Origin: Sphaerodactylus townsendi
Taxonomy: Eukaryota
Assembly: GCF_021028975.2 (NCBI RefSeq)
Contig: NC_059425.1
Span: forward strand, 117,242,001-117,306,000
Direction: 5' to 3'
DNA length: 64,000 nt
The notes under the pieces are model-generated. The model was not told where the DNA came from and made no database searches. It was given only the letters and a program-made list of their open reading frames with translations. A program made the position numbers and the translations under genes. How positions within the stretch are numbered: position 1 is the stretch's first letter; every line of letters begins with the position of its first letter. Below are positions 12,796 to 26,248 of this stretch, in pieces.

Positions 12796-13757
12796 TACGT
12801 GTTACGATTTTACAAGTGCCTGCTTCATTCAGTCAAGCAAGAGTTAAATGTTGAAATCTCATGCCTAGAATCACATGAGCTTCTGGAAAGATCTCTCCTT
12901 TCTTCTTCCAGTGAAAAGCAGAGAGACAGACACAGACAGACTGCACAGATACCCAAACTGGGCACTTGCATAGATAGTTTTCTGTTCCTATGTTTAGTGT
13001 AAATTCATTTGTTATCTAGTAAATGTCTACAAAACAGCTCACTTGCATCTGTCCTATTATTTACTCTGCTCATTCATTGCCATACCAACACTAGGCCACA
13101 TGGATATGGACAACATAAGCTTGAAGTCACCTTGGACTTTTAGATGTAATGGTTCTTATTTAGTCATGTTACTGCTTTGCAAAATAAGTATATAGAAAGT
13201 TTTAGGTGACAAAAATAGACATTTCCAAATACGGAAAATCATGTCAAATACTGATCCTTAAAAACACATTTTAAAAGCAGCTACTTCCACTTGAAGAGAG
13301 GACATTCTGAGACGTCTGGAGACTCCTTAAGATCTCTGGAGGCAAAAAGTAGGTCTTGTTCCACCTCCAGTGGGAAGGAAATGCCCACCATCTTCAGTTT
13401 TTTTTATTCCTGCTCTGATTTTTCTCTCTCCTTGAGTTCTTAGGTTGCTTCTTCTTTTTTTTAGTGTCTCCCCCCTTTCTTTACCTCTGAGCCATAAAAA
13501 ATACTTCTCTCCATTTCCCCATTTTTCTGCTTTTTTTGGCAGGAGCTCCTTCAAGTGAAATAAAATGCAGAGATTGGAGCCTGAGAAAAAATGGGGGAAG
13601 GGGCAGGCCCTTTCTGGGACTTGTGGCCTTTGAAGGAGGACTCACTGAGGCCAGGCCTGATAGCCACCACAAGGCAACTTGATACCACAATTTAGCTTGC
13701 AAAACTCACCCAGAACTAGCTGTTTGCTAGGATTTAATAGCAGCGACTCCATGAAGA

Positions 13758-13958
13758 CTCCAGTGTGGTATAGTAGTTGGAGTCAAATACAATCTAACAG
13801 TCCTAGGTTAAAATCTCCACTCTTCCCTAGAACCTTGTTAAGTTACCTAAACACAGTCAAATACAATCTGTCTAACCTGTCTCACCCCATTGTAGTGAAG
13901 GTAAAATGGAAAAGAATGCTGCTTTGGGTCCATGGTGAGGTGAAAGATGGTCAATAAA
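13758..13958 (+). mobile_element. Degenerate tRNA-derived SINE (Squam3-like)
   Basis: A-box-like cagtgtggtatagtagtt. The 3' body resembles the copies at 38190-38448 and 39979-40150. Confidence 0.5.
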
Positions 13959-13959
13959 T

Positions 13960-14025
13960 GATAAATATCACTGGATATGGGGGTGGGGAGATAAATATCA
14001 CTGGATATGGGGGTGGGGAGATAAA
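13960..14025 (+). repeat. Perfect 30-bp tandem duplication
   Basis: GATAAATATCACTGGATATGGGGGTGGGGA twice. Confidence 0.95.
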
Positions 14026-15811
14026 AGGTAGGTTGGTGGGTGGGAAGGAGAGGATATGGGGGCTGCCAGGACGAGGGGAAAAGGAAATAGTATGGGGAAG
14101 AGGATGGAGGAGAAAATGAGGTGTCCCTCACAAGTCTTGGCAAGTTTCCCACCATGTGACTGGGCCAGACTTTTCCCAAGGAAAGGCTGCCAAGAGTAAG
14201 AGGGGAGAGAAAAAGGAAGATGGCAGGGATATAAAGGTAGGTTGATTGGGGAGTGAGAAAGAGAGAAAGGGCAGAGAAAGTAGAGAGACGATGGTGACTT
14301 TCAGGGAAGAGTAAGAATAGTGGGAGAGGGGAAAGTACTTTATGTCCTTGTGAGTTCCCCACTTGTTATCTCATGACTTCAAACACCATACTGTCATCTA
14401 TATGCATATGTATGTCCTCTAAAATTAATACTGTGTATGATTTTGCTGAATGTTATTGTAACAGGGAATATTAGAATTGACTATTACAAGTTTCTCATAT
14501 GTAATTGTTGGCCTCCAGCTGATAGCTTTGAACTATGTCTTAATTTCTGTGCTTGTCTAGACATTCTTCCCATTCTTAGACATTTCTTTCTCTTGGGCTC
14601 CAATACATACTGATACCTAGTGATATAAGTTAGATTTCTTTATAATCTGCTAGCAGCCATATTATGCTTTGCCCCTCCTCAGTGAGGTTCTGTGTTTCTT
14701 GAATCGCTCCTTTGGTGTGTCCCATCATTTAGATGAGATACGAGGCCACCTCTTATTGTGATTTGAAGAAGTTCCTTCCGTAATCTTTGGAAGGCAAGGA
14801 ATCATTCCTCTATATTTCTGGCCATGTTTGTGATGTTGATCATTAGGAGGCAGTCTCTGCTGATCCCAACTAAGTGGATATTTGCAAGTCTAATTTTAGA
14901 AATGCTCCATTTTGTGACATAAGCACAGGAATAATTCTTCTGAGTTTAAGATCCTCCTATGTAAAAGCTTGATGATGCTGTGGCAGCTCTTATGATGTAA
15001 TATTTGATGCCCAACAGGATCATTTTTTAAACATGAACTTGTGAACCCAAAATGTGTGAAAATGCTATATGACTGTTAGTTATCTACAAGCTGGGTCCCT
15101 ATAAATACTCATAAAGAAAATAAGCCCTATTTTCACCCTTGCTGGCAGTTACAGCTTCTCACCACCACTTGCTCTCATCCTCTGTATCCTTGCTGTCTTA
15201 TTTTACTAGCTGCCTCATCTCTTCATTGTCCAGACCACCATCAGTTTTTGTGTGCCTATTTGAATTTCTATAGCAGTCCAAAATGCCACTCCAATATCAA
15301 TGACTTAATTTTATGATGTCTATGTGTATAGCTATTAACTCTGAGGATTATCCCAAATTAGATTGTGTTTAAATATTTGCTGTGGCTGGCCCTATTGTTT
15401 AGATTTGGTTATCCCTCTTCTACAGAGATATAATTCTCTGATGCATGAATCTGTGAGTTACAATGCAGTGACTAAACTGTATTATACCTTTCTAAGTCCA
15501 TTACACCCTTCAAAGTCCATTGAAATGAATGGGACTTAGAAGAATGCAACTCTGGTTTGGAATCACATTGATAGATGTCCACTTTGGCTTTGGAAAATGA
15601 ATGCAAAATAATATCGTTTACTACTGGTAATTTAAAAATTCCACATATTTTGTTCATGGATTTATTTCAGAGTGATCATCTCTTGAACACCCAAAAACTT
15701 TCATGTGTTGGAGTACCTTTTTTTAAAACTTCCAGTTACATTGTGTATTGCAGTTTTTCTTCCTCCTCTTGCACTTTCTGAATTTGTTTTCTTATCAAAT
15801 CTGAACTGCAG

Positions 15812-15929
15812 TCTGCAACAGAAAGTAGAGAAATGCCTGGAAGATGGTGTACGCCTTCCTATGTTGGACACAAAACAACTTCAGAGTGAAAATGAAAGCC
15901 TCAAAGAGAAACATGAGAAAGCCAGCAAG
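15812..15929 (+). CDS. CEP85L: CEP85L coding exon: [39 protein letters not shown]
   Basis: Acceptor ctgcag|T, donor AAG|gtcagt, 118 nt, phase 2-0. Carries the CLEDG.RLPMLD motif. Confidence 0.95.
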
Positions 15930-15979
15930 GTCAGTGCATTAAATGAATTAGATGGTCGCTTTAATAACATTATTACAGG

Positions 15980-17470
15980 CAAATGAAGTTCAGTGTTGGT
16001 AAGTGTAAGGTGGTACACATTGGAACAAAAAAATTCACCCAGCTTCAAGTATATGCTAATAGGGTCTGAACTTGCTGAGACTGAGGGGAAAAATCTTGTA
16101 GTAGATAGTTCAATGAAAGTGTCAATTCAGTGTGCTGCAGTGGTTAAAAAAAAGGCAATCATTATGCTGGGAATTATTAGGAAAGGGACTGAAAATAAAA
16201 TAGCTGATATTATAATGCTCCTGTATAGATCTATGGCTCAGCTTCATTTGGAATACTGTGTGCCATACTGGTCACTATATCTCAAAAAGGATATCGCATT
16301 GTTGGGAAAGGTACAGAGGCGGGCAAACAAAATGATTGACAAGGTGGAGTACCTTCCTTGGGAGGATAGACTGAGGAGTCTGAGATTTTTCAGTTCAGAA
16401 AAAACAACAACAAAAAGATGTGATGGAGGTTTTTTATATTAAATATGTGATAGGGAGAGTTAATAGTGATCTTTTGTGCACAACGCGAATGAAATGCATT
16501 TTGGGGAGGAAGTTTGGACAGCTTTTTCCTCAGGGGTTTTTGAGAACGCTAAATGAGCAATCTTTTTCCCCAGGACAGCTTGAAGACGTTTCCTGCTTGC
16601 TGTATGAAGATCAGGAAACATTTTATTTTTCCTGCCCAAGTTTAAAGCTCTCAATTGCAGTATCTCTGCAGCTTGTGCCCGGCATTTTCTGCTGCTAACA
16701 GGATCCTCCATGCAGCCCACCATTTGCTGAAAGGTCTCCCACGACTGTTTGCTTTGCTTGCGTCACAGCTGGCCACTATTTCAGCTTGTAAAGTATTTAT
16801 TTTATTTATTTATTGTATTTATAAACCGCCCTCCCCCGAAGGGCTCATGAATAAACTTAGTTTTCCCTGCTAATGATGTGCTCATGTCGGGTTTTTCCCC
16901 CCCAAAATTGTTTTCAATTATGTGTCTTTGTGGCTTGAAAAAAAAAGGAAAAACAAACACATCATCAGCAGGGAAAATTAAATGTATTCATGTACTTTAT
17001 AAACTGAAATAACTGCTGACTGCAATATAAGCAAAGGAAAGAGCCCTGGGAAACCTTTCAGCAAATGGCGGGCTGCATGGAGGATCTCTGAAGTGGAAAA
17101 AATAAAGCACTGGCAGTGCTTTATTTTTCCACGTTATCCGAACAAAACAAAGTAAAAAATAGTACTTTTTAAAACATCTGCAAGACATTTTATTTGTGCT
17201 TTGCAGGAAAGACCAAAGAGACCTACTTTTCCATCTCTCAAAATGCTACAACTCAAGGGCATCCAACGAAGCTTATGGGCAGTAGTTTCTTTATACAGTG
17301 AATGATTAAAATGGGGAATGGCCACAGGCATAGCCAACTTTAGAAGGGGATTAGACAGATTAATGGAAGGTAGGTTTATTAGTAACTATTAGCTGTGTTG
17401 ACTAAGAGGAAATCCCACATTCAGAGGCAGTAAACCTCTGAATGCCAGTTCCAGAGGGGGCAAAATCGGG
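15980..17470 (+). mobile_element. Older CR1 LINE interrupted by a foldback insertion (~16465-17215)
   Basis: ORF 15993-16442 has CR1 RT motifs (HLEYCV.YWS.YLKKDI..L.KVQRRA). CR1 3' sequence resumes near 17220 (tttagaaggggattagacagattaatggaagg). Confidence 0.8.
16465..17215. mobile_element. Large palindromic (foldback) non-autonomous element, unclassified
   Basis: Arms ~16700-16880 and ~16957-17087 are reverse complements. Related sequence lies at 45590-46080 and 60830-60990. Confidence 0.65.
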
Positions 17471-17799
17471 GGGGGGGGGGGGGCTTCTAGAGGAACTGAC
17501 TGAGTCAGGATGCTGAATTTATAGTCTTGTTTAGGGTTGCTGTTTTTATATCGGTCATCTTTTTCCATGTGTGTTGCAGATTGAAATTTATTCATATGTT
17601 TATTAAACATTTATATCCTGCCTTTCATTCTGGTTGAAGGAGGCTTACAATAATAGCCAAAACCAAAATAAAATAGCAAACACAAATACCTGTGTTAGTT
17701 TATTGTAGCAAAACAAAACCGAACTCCAGTGGCATGTTAAAGACTAACAACATAGCATGAACTATACAGATGCGATTATTTGTCTCCTTTTTCCTACAG

Positions 17800-17850
17800 G
17801 TCATTGACAATCAACAGAATCAGATAGCTGAGATGACTTTAGAGATTCAG
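17800..17850 (+). CDS. CEP85L: CEP85L coding micro-exon: VIDNQQNQIAEMTLEIQ
   Basis: Strong acceptor tttttcctacag|, donor CAG|gtaagg, 51 nt, phase 0-0. Confidence 0.92.
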
Positions 17851-18041
17851 GTAAGGGAACATAGTTTTACAGATTTTGATATGTATTAATTTTAAAGCTA
17901 AAGGTTAGGTATTAATTTATGCCATCACCTGGAGATTGGGAGAAACAGGTCAGCTTGGTTGGTAAGATAGGAGATTCCCTTCACTGTGGCCCAACAAAGC
18001 CTCAATTGTGTCAGTGATGTGAGTACTGAATTGCAGTATTC

Positions 18042-18456
18042 TGTTGAAATCATGTCCCCTGATTCACAGCTGTATGGCCTGTTTACAAAATTGTACCTTG
18101 CTATTGATAAAAGAGTATAGAAGCAATATCTTTACAAAGACCACTAGCACAAATGCAACCCTCTCATGGAAGCGGGGTGGGGGATCATGCCCGTCACACG
18201 AGATAACTGTACATCTTACTATGCAAGCATTCCCATCTTCTCTATCCCAAATAACTGGTTCTTATTCAAGACAGAGTTTATTCAGAGACAGATAACAGAC
18301 AATTAGAAACAATCCCTCACAGACTCCCAAATTGTGCTAGAGAACTCGATGACCAATGCAATGTCCACGCTCTTCTTGTTTTGTGAATAAACACTGTTTA
18401 TTTATTCCTTTCTTACCATACATGTTTTTGCTGCCACCAGGAAATTAATTCCAACG
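18042..18456 (+). mobile_element. Probable old solo LTR
   Basis: Inverted termini TGTTGAAAT...ATTCCAACG and AATAAA at 18386-18391. No clear TSD. Confidence 0.4.
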
Positions 18457-18476
18457 CCCTTTTTAATTTCTCCTAA

Positions 18477-18968
18477 AGTAGTGTGTCCAAGCTTTAAAGC
18501 AGTTTTGAAGGGCTACGTGGTCCTGAGGAGGTTACTTTTTTTTCTTTTTACAAGAAATAATTTACAAAGAATAAAACAATCTGAGGCATAATTTCTGTTG
18601 AAGTGGCTTTCACTTCAAATCAGCCCATTCTCTCCTTTATATTTCTGAAACAGTATTCTGATTTGGTTCTATTTCTAGTCTCCCACTGTTTTCTACCTAT
18701 TCCTTTGGGCAGTTCTGCACTTCATATAACACTAGGAAGGACTCCAGTCAGAAATCTGCTTTCTAGGCTGTTAACATCACACTGTACACAGTCTACCTCA
18801 GCCCCTTCACACTCTCAGTTTAGTGCAGACTAACTGTCTCCCTCTGTCTGTATAAAAACCCTTCACAATCTATCTTCAGTGTCAACCAGTCACCTCACTC
18901 GCTCATCCCACTTTCACCCCTCTTCTTCTACAACTTATCTCTCATTTTAAAGAAACGCACACACTACA
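18477..18968. mobile_element. Probable second solo LTR
   Basis: Inverted termini (A)GTAGTGTGT...ACACACTACA (9/10 match), LTR-like length. No clear TSD. Confidence 0.4.
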
Positions 18969-19832
18969 TTTTAAATTGTTTCAGAGAGGCACACAAATGC
19001 ACATTGAGTATAATTACCTAGTCCAGGTGCTGTGCACCGAATGAAGAGTCGACTGTTTGAGCAGGATGGCTCCACCTATGGAGAGGGATAGACCCTGTGC
19101 AATTTGTGAAGCAGATCTTTATACCCTGTTACAAACAAGCGCTTTATGGGGCCACTGTGCACAAAATTACATGTTCTGTCCATGATCACGCAAAATTACA
19201 TATTCTGTGCAGGCTGTAAGTCTCTTAGCTTTGGGTGTTCAGGCTACTAGCAAAGCATCAGACTGACCCCTGCGTCTTCCCATGAGCAGCTGTTCCCAGC
19301 CACATGAAAAAGACAGTCTGCTCCAACAGTCAGAATAAGTAGAGGCCACAGCAGCAGGATATCCACACCACCCCCACCCCCATACATTCCTTCATTTTCC
19401 CCCACTTTTATCCTAACTCTTTCTACCCCAAAGCACCCAAGACAAATTACAGTAATAATAAAACACTATTGGTACCAACATATTCATTATAGATGCAACA
19501 AAATATAAATGTTGACACAACTAGTATAGGACTGTGTAAATTGGCTGTGTGTAAATTGCATATGAATATACCTGCAAATGACCATAATATTTATATTGCA
19601 GCAAATGAAAACCTGCAGGGTTTTTAAAAAACCAAATGATAGCAAATATGACCCCATGTGTAACTTACCTAGAGTAAAGTATTATAGGGCACGTTTAAAA
19701 TATTTTTTGAAAGAAACACAATACTTCATCTACATAATAATACTGTATGATCAACAGTAAGATATATTGTTAAGAATTTAAAAGCATTTCAGCATCTGTT
19801 GAACTGTTCCAAAACTATCTCTTTAATCTCTT

Positions 19833-19987
19833 CAGACCAGGGGCTGGGGAGCAGCAGCAGCAGAAGGCCATTGCTTTCACATCCTGCATGTGAGCTCCCA
19901 AAGGCATCTGGTGGGCCACTGCAAGTAGCAGAGTGCTGGACTAGATGTACTCTGGTCTGATCCAGCAGGCTCTTTCTTATGTTCTTT
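19833..19987 (+). mobile_element. CR1 3'-end fragment of the young subfamily
   Basis: Closely matches 10694-10848, including the ttcttatgttctt tail. Confidence 0.9.
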
Positions 19988-22630
19988 AGTGCTGTTATTG
20001 TTCTCTGGGAGGTATGAGACAGTTAAGAACAAGTTTCAAAGAATTGGTTTAAGTAGGTACATAATTGATAAGTTTTAATGCAGGTTTAAGAGTGTGGTGC
20101 TGGACTTCAGATAAGAAAATAAGTGACCATATGTGCTGTTTGCTTGTGTTAATTTTTATTTCTATCCCTCTTTTCTCTCTGACTGGGGTCACTGGGGTCC
20201 CCAAACCATTTTTGATATCCTTCTCCTCCACTTGATCCACACAGCAACAAGCCTGTGTAATAGGTTAGGTTGAGGGATTGTGGGGGATCCAGGGTCACCT
20301 AGTAGACATAGTAGTGGTTTGTTGTGGTGCTGCATATAATGGCTACGATTCTGGTTTAAATGGAAATCTGGTCATGAGAAACATATGGCCAATGTCACAC
20401 TTAAATTGGACCTCATAATTCTATAAGAATGTAATTCACTAACAAACACCATAATTTGAAAAGTCCTTGTTTAACATGAATCTGAGACAGTCAGTCTTCA
20501 GAGAAAAATGTTGTATGAAGTAAATTGTCATAATTCTATCATGTTTCAAATCCTTTCCTGGGATTTGAAAAAGACATTGCCTTCTGAGCTGTGAAGTTAA
20601 AACTCCAAATTATTCCCAAAATGAGATTTTCTGTGGCAGAACCTCCAGTTCTCTTTCAAGTAAAAGAAAACTGGATTTATTTCAGAAGAAAGGGGAGATA
20701 TATAACAGACTTTTCTTACAGATATTCTGACTAGAGCTTGTGGTAGACCTCTGGGCACACTGTGATGCAGCATGCAAGAATTGTGACTAATGGTACAATC
20801 CTGAACAGTTACCTCCTTATAAGCCCATTGACTTCAGCGGACTTAGAAGGCTCCAATGCTGCTTAACCCTGTACTGTAACTCTATTAGTATGAAGTGACG
20901 AGGGTCCCTCTCAAAGATTTGCAGCAGTGGAATGAAGTAGAAGTTTTGATGCTCAGTGGCTTTGGTTTTGTTAATGGTCAGAGTGAGGAAGTTCAAACAT
21001 TTCCATTTCTAGATCTTAGCCAAAAATGCATTGCATATCAGCCTATCAGCATGGATATATGAGAAGCTATTTTGCCCTGGAATAAGACCTTAAATTCAAC
21101 CAAGGGAGGGGGATACAGTGTCCTTAATATGTAATGATTTTATATCAGTTCCTTTTGTGAACTAATGAGTATATACATGTGAGAATCATGCCATGACCAT
21201 AACTTATTGTTAGTACTTCTCACAAAGTAGAAATGATAATCAGGAATTATTTATGTGTTTTTACATTATCAGACTATTGGGGAAATGTTGGCAAGTGATC
21301 ACATCTCACAATAATGAAAAGAGAGAAGCAGGGTTGAAAACATATAGCCTAGTGCTTTGAAAGAACTGGCATTTGGTGAATGGAGTGTTGCTGAGTCACA
21401 TGGTCAGCGGTATAAGAAAATTCTTTGACTAGCCATTGCAAATTCAGAATTGCCCTAAAGAAGCATTATGAATGAACAAAGGTGCCCATGAAGCAGTTGA
21501 AGCTGATGACAGAAATACAAAGCATAATGTCCATAGCTGGCTTACTGTCACCTTAGTATAAATGAGGGCTGGTTTATATGTAGCTCTTTTATTTGGTAGC
21601 TGTAACCACATGGTGAGTGTTACTGGCTTCCCACTCTGCTGGAAAGCTTTTTTTGTGGCTATTTGCGGTAAGGTGACGAAAAAATAGCTCAGTCTGCTGG
21701 TAAGCAGCTGCATGTAAATAGTTCCGCACAATAACAGTTGTCTCATGAAGTTATTTAAAGCACCTGTGAGGTAGCAACAGCATAGAGCCCTGACCTAATA
21801 TACTTGTTTAATTGTAATCATAATGTTTTGTAACTGATTGGGTTGAACGTAGAGTTGCAGGATAAAATGCAAGAGATGTACTCTGAAGCTTAAAATGTTA
21901 CTCCTTTTTATAATGGTTAATTTGTAAACTAGTTTCAGAATGTTTCTAGGCTTCTGTCATGGGAATGAGAGTGTTGTTAGGATGCCCCACACATCATCCC
22001 TCTTCTATTCTGCCCTCTTCAGCCCCAGATCAGGCAAGGGACTTGACTGGCTGCCATCACTTTGGTTCAAAGGCTTGACTGGGGAGAGCCCAGACAGCTT
22101 GTTGTTCAGTCAGGGTGTTCCCTGCTGAAAGGCCAAGTATGAAGTGTGAAGGTAAAGTGAATGGAAAACGCTGATGTATTAGCAAAAATCTCACACAAAG
22201 AAGCCAGCCAAAAAAAACAGTAGACTGTTTCTTTCTCTGTAGGTCCATCTTACCCTCCTTAAGTGAAAGATCATCTCTGCTGCTTATCTTCAGGAAATGG
22301 GGAATCCCCCTTCTTTTGAAGGGTTTTATATGTGCCCTCTCAACACTCGACATCCTTAACAGCTATGGGCTTTCAACTGGACTTCCCATGGAAGTTTGTT
22401 CAACATTCTCATTACCACCACAGAAAAGGCCTTGTGCATGGTAAATGATAACTGCATTAAAACAACAGAATCAGAAGCTGAAGAGATATATTCCTTGAAA
22501 TATATTCCTTGGCATTCCTTGAAACAGTTGTGAAACTAGTCACAATTATGAAACGGCTATATTTTTTTTAAAAAAGAAAAACTCTGTTTATCAAAGATTT
22601 GCAAATTCAAGTTCAAGTTGTGGGAATTCT

Positions 22631-22958
22631 GGGCCAAACTAGATGTTATGGTGACCTCAGGTCTGATCTGTTGATGCCAACAAGTTAAAGCTTAATGAGA
22701 TGATTGGCTGTGAGGGCCGTGAGGACTGATCAGACCCACAGCAGGGTAGGATGAGGCACCCTTGTTTTCCCCTCCCATGCCTTTCAAATACTGGAACAGC
22801 CCCACTGTAGCTGTTTTTGTGCTTAGAATGAGATGGGGTAGAGAAACAAGAATCCTTCGTCCTCCTGCGCTGCAGACCCAATCGTTTTTAAGTCCCTTTG
22901 TTAGGCATTAAAATGGTGATGGTTTAACCCAAGGGTGCTGTCATGTCTAGTTTAGCCC
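22631..22958. mobile_element. Old Harbinger-like MITE
   Basis: TIR GGGCCAAACTAGATG / CATGTCTAGTTTAGCCC. Confidence 0.5.
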
Positions 22959-23499
22959 ATCTAGAGTGGGAGAAGTAATGCAAGATCAGGATTGGGTCGA
23001 GGAAGCTTTTCAAGAAGATACTAGAATTCAGAGCAAGCAGCAGACTCAACATTTATAGGAAAATATGTATGTGGTTAAGAGAAGCAGAGATTTCAGGGAA
23101 ATAAAGCTCTGCAAGTCAGATTTTCTTTGTCCATTTCCTTTTTGTCAGGGATGGCCAGGAAACTGAAGTCAGGCATCCTCATTAGTCCCAGCTACACAGT
23201 GGACAGCTGAGAGTGAGCCTTAACAATGGCGAATGACAAAATCTCTTGCTTCTTGCCTTCCAAAGTAATAGCTGTTCAGCTCTCAAGAGCCTATGAACAA
23301 TTAATTCATGGACTATAAAATTGCTGCTTTTGCCATAGTAGAAACAGTCTAAAACTTAAGTAGATATTCGATATGAACTGAGATGCAGAATCAGTCAGCG
23401 CTTTTATTTCAGTGAGTGGAAATTTTGCTAAGTTCCTAATAATGGAAGGATAGACTTGAAAAGAATTTCACCCTGCTAGTCACGATTAAATTAGCATAA

Positions 23500-25600
23500 A
23501 TTTGACACTTGGTGGGTAAGACACAAAGTTTGGAACAGATTGTGTTGAGCAGTAATTTTAGACACAGTGCAATAGAGTTTATTCTGAGTTCCTCAAAAAG
23601 TCACTGGTATTCAGCTAATCCAATCCTCTCTCAGGAGCGTGATGTGGACAGATGGATGAATCTTCCTCTTCTGTATCCAACCATTTAGACTTCAAAGACT
23701 ATTTATAATTATGGATTCAAGGAGGGTGTCCTCTCTCCAGTTAGTCTTTCTGCCAGAAAGAAGAAATGCAAAGTTTGCAGACTCTTGCAGCCTACAGTAT
23801 TAGAGACCACAGTTAGGGGGAGAGAACTCAAGGCCCATCTCTGCCCCCATTTTCTTGTTAGCCAGCTAAATAGGCCTTACACTAAGGAAGGGATGAAAGT
23901 ATGAGTAAGAGAAAGAGATAGGTGGCAGGAATGCCAGGAAATTGCATAGTTCAGTTCTCCTTCAGTAAAGAGTTTAGAACTGGGGCTATACAACTAGAGT
24001 CAAGGGGACCTTTTAACCATATACAATTCTTATTTTTTCATGAGGCAAGTTTTTCAAGACTGATGTATATGTATCTGGTTTTCTTTTCAAGATTACGTTT
24101 CACAGACAACAGTTATCCAAGCCTTGTCATTTCTTGTCACAAAATTCCCAACCTGTTCCAAATGCTTGTGGATTTTCCAGGAAGAATTTCTAGCACAGTG
24201 GAGCAAAGCAGCAGGTCCCTTCATATTAATATTCAAAGATCAACAGACCATCTTCTTAATCCTTGGGATAATTAACAGGAAAGTGTGCTAACATTTATTG
24301 ACTTGAATGAAGCATATCTCTACGTTCCAAGCCACGAAATGTTTGCATATTAAATCTACCCTTCAGTTTATCATCACCACCAAGATGTTCTTGAAAGTCC
24401 TTGTAGCAACTTGCCTCTAACAAAGAGACAGCAGATGACCTTACCTGGATAGCTTGTAAGATCCTCCATGACGTAGAGATAGTCCTGAATATCAAAACCC
24501 TGAATGCTTCTGAGTTTGCCAGCTGGAAGAATTCCCAGTTCCATCTTCCTGACTTTTCTGTCTTGGCATTGCTGTAGACACATAGGAAGAATCCCAGAGC
24601 TCCTGGTGAAGGACATCTTCAAATGACATCTGCCTCACCAACAAGTTCTAATCAAACCATATGTACAGTTTATGCTAGACTCCAGGACACAATAATGTCC
24701 TGTAGTGAGACCTTATAGTGGGCTGAGTCCTCATTTCAATCTCTCTAGCTGTTTCTCTTCCCTGTTCCAGAGTTAGATCTTGAATAGCTGAGAGTCTGCT
24801 TATCCAGGAGAATCGTTGTTGGTGATTCACTCACAGGCAGCAGCAATTCTGCTTCGAAAGCCAGAAAGGTCTCACTGCACTTTTTGTATAGGTCAGGCAG
24901 TCTGAACCCTTAAGGACTGTCAAATTAGCCTCAACTGGATAATGAGCCTGCCAAGCTAGCTTACGTCTCTCATTTTCTGTCTGGCTATATTGGACAGTGT
25001 TTCCGCTGTGGAAAGTATTCATTTCTGGGGAGTACTGAGATCAGCCTTCCTTATTGAAGGAGGCTAATCCAGGAATCAGGGAGCCATCTATGAAAATGAT
25101 TTCTCTGAAGGAACTCTGAGCTCTGCGACTTCATTAGAATGGATGGATATTCTGAGTTTCAGAACCTGTCTTTAGTGGAGACATATGGGGACTTTTTTGC
25201 TCCTCCACTCATCTTTCCTAAGGAGGGTGATCTTGTTAACCCTGAGGCATGGCTTCACAGGCCCTGGCTTTTGAACTTTACAGACTATAAGCAGTAACTG
25301 CCTGTAGTGCAAACTCCTCTGCAGGTACATCTCTGACATAATCTCCATAAATTGGTCTCCTGTAAGAGAACAGCTGATAACATGATTTTACCTTCCACAA
25401 CAAATTTCCCCTCCTTCCTGCTGAGCTCAATAGCCAGGACCCCATATTTTCCCCCCAGCATGTGACCCTAAAGGCATCACACAGCAGAGCATGCTTTAGA
25501 AAGTAATGTCAGGTCCATCCTTGGGAGTCTAAGCCAGGAAACCTATTGAAGATAATTGTTTCGACCTTATACTATCCTATTCTGCTATTGGTTAAGCTTG
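23500..25600 (+). mobile_element. Heavily decayed DIRS-like (tyrosine-recombinase) retrotransposon; boundaries approximate
   Basis: Broken RT motifs in order: LTFIDLNEAYLYVP (~24288-24330), LPFSLSSPPR/FLKVLVA (~24356-24410), PYLDSL (~24439-24456). A later WLHRPW-like motif (~25250-25268) resembles the DIRS WPxxxWF. Confidence 0.5.
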
Positions 25601-26140
25601 TATGTATTAGTACATTATAATTCCCTATAGTTAACTAGTTTGAAGTGTGGCAGTAATGTAAGTGACCATTTTTTATAGATTTAGATCTTTCAGCTTCAGT
25701 ATATAACCTAGGTAGCTTCCTTTCTCAGTTTCATTTGTCTGTCAGTGTTCTCCGAAGTTATGCCTGTTGAATGCACTAGAAAAGTCTTTGCCAAATGACT
25801 GCACTGTACTCCTGTGGAGAATCATAGAGTTGGAAGAGACCACAAGGGCCATCAAGTACCCTCTGCCATGCAGGAACACACAAAGCACCCCTAACATTTG
25901 TTCATCTAACCTCTGTTTAGGTGGGAAAGTCATCAGGTGGGAAACTCATCACTTCAGAAACTATTGCTTCATTTTCTTTCTTGTCCAAATTTTGCCAAAA
26001 TGAACAACTGTGCTATGCAAAGCTACGTATAGTGTTTCTACGTGACAGAAGTTCAGGAAGAACGTGTTCAAGACAGATATTGTTCAGTCTAACCACTTGT
26101 TTGTTCTGTAAGTTTTAAGGTGATTTTTCTCCCTTCCTAG

Positions 26141-26248
26141 TCTGTGCAAGAAAAGGCTTTGCAAGAAAAACTGATAGCCCAGAAGCTGAAAAATGAACTT
26201 GAAGAAAAGGATAAGAATATTCAGCAGTTACGTAAGACTCTGCATGAA
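26141..26248 (+). CDS. CEP85L: CEP85L coding exon: SVQEKALQEKLIAQKLKNELEEKDKNIQQLRKTLHE
   Basis: Acceptor cccttcctag|, donor GAA|gtaagt, 108 nt, phase 0-0. Confidence 0.92.

Noticed and set aside
12242-12854. Overlapping Arg/Pro/Ala-rich ORFs and an apparent CpG-island promoter
   Set aside because: Explained by the TIR-bounded GC-rich MITE. The same applies to 49576-50216.
13960-14370. Purine-rich block as a Helitron-like element or 171-aa protein
   Set aside because: Low complexity, with no definable termini or domain.
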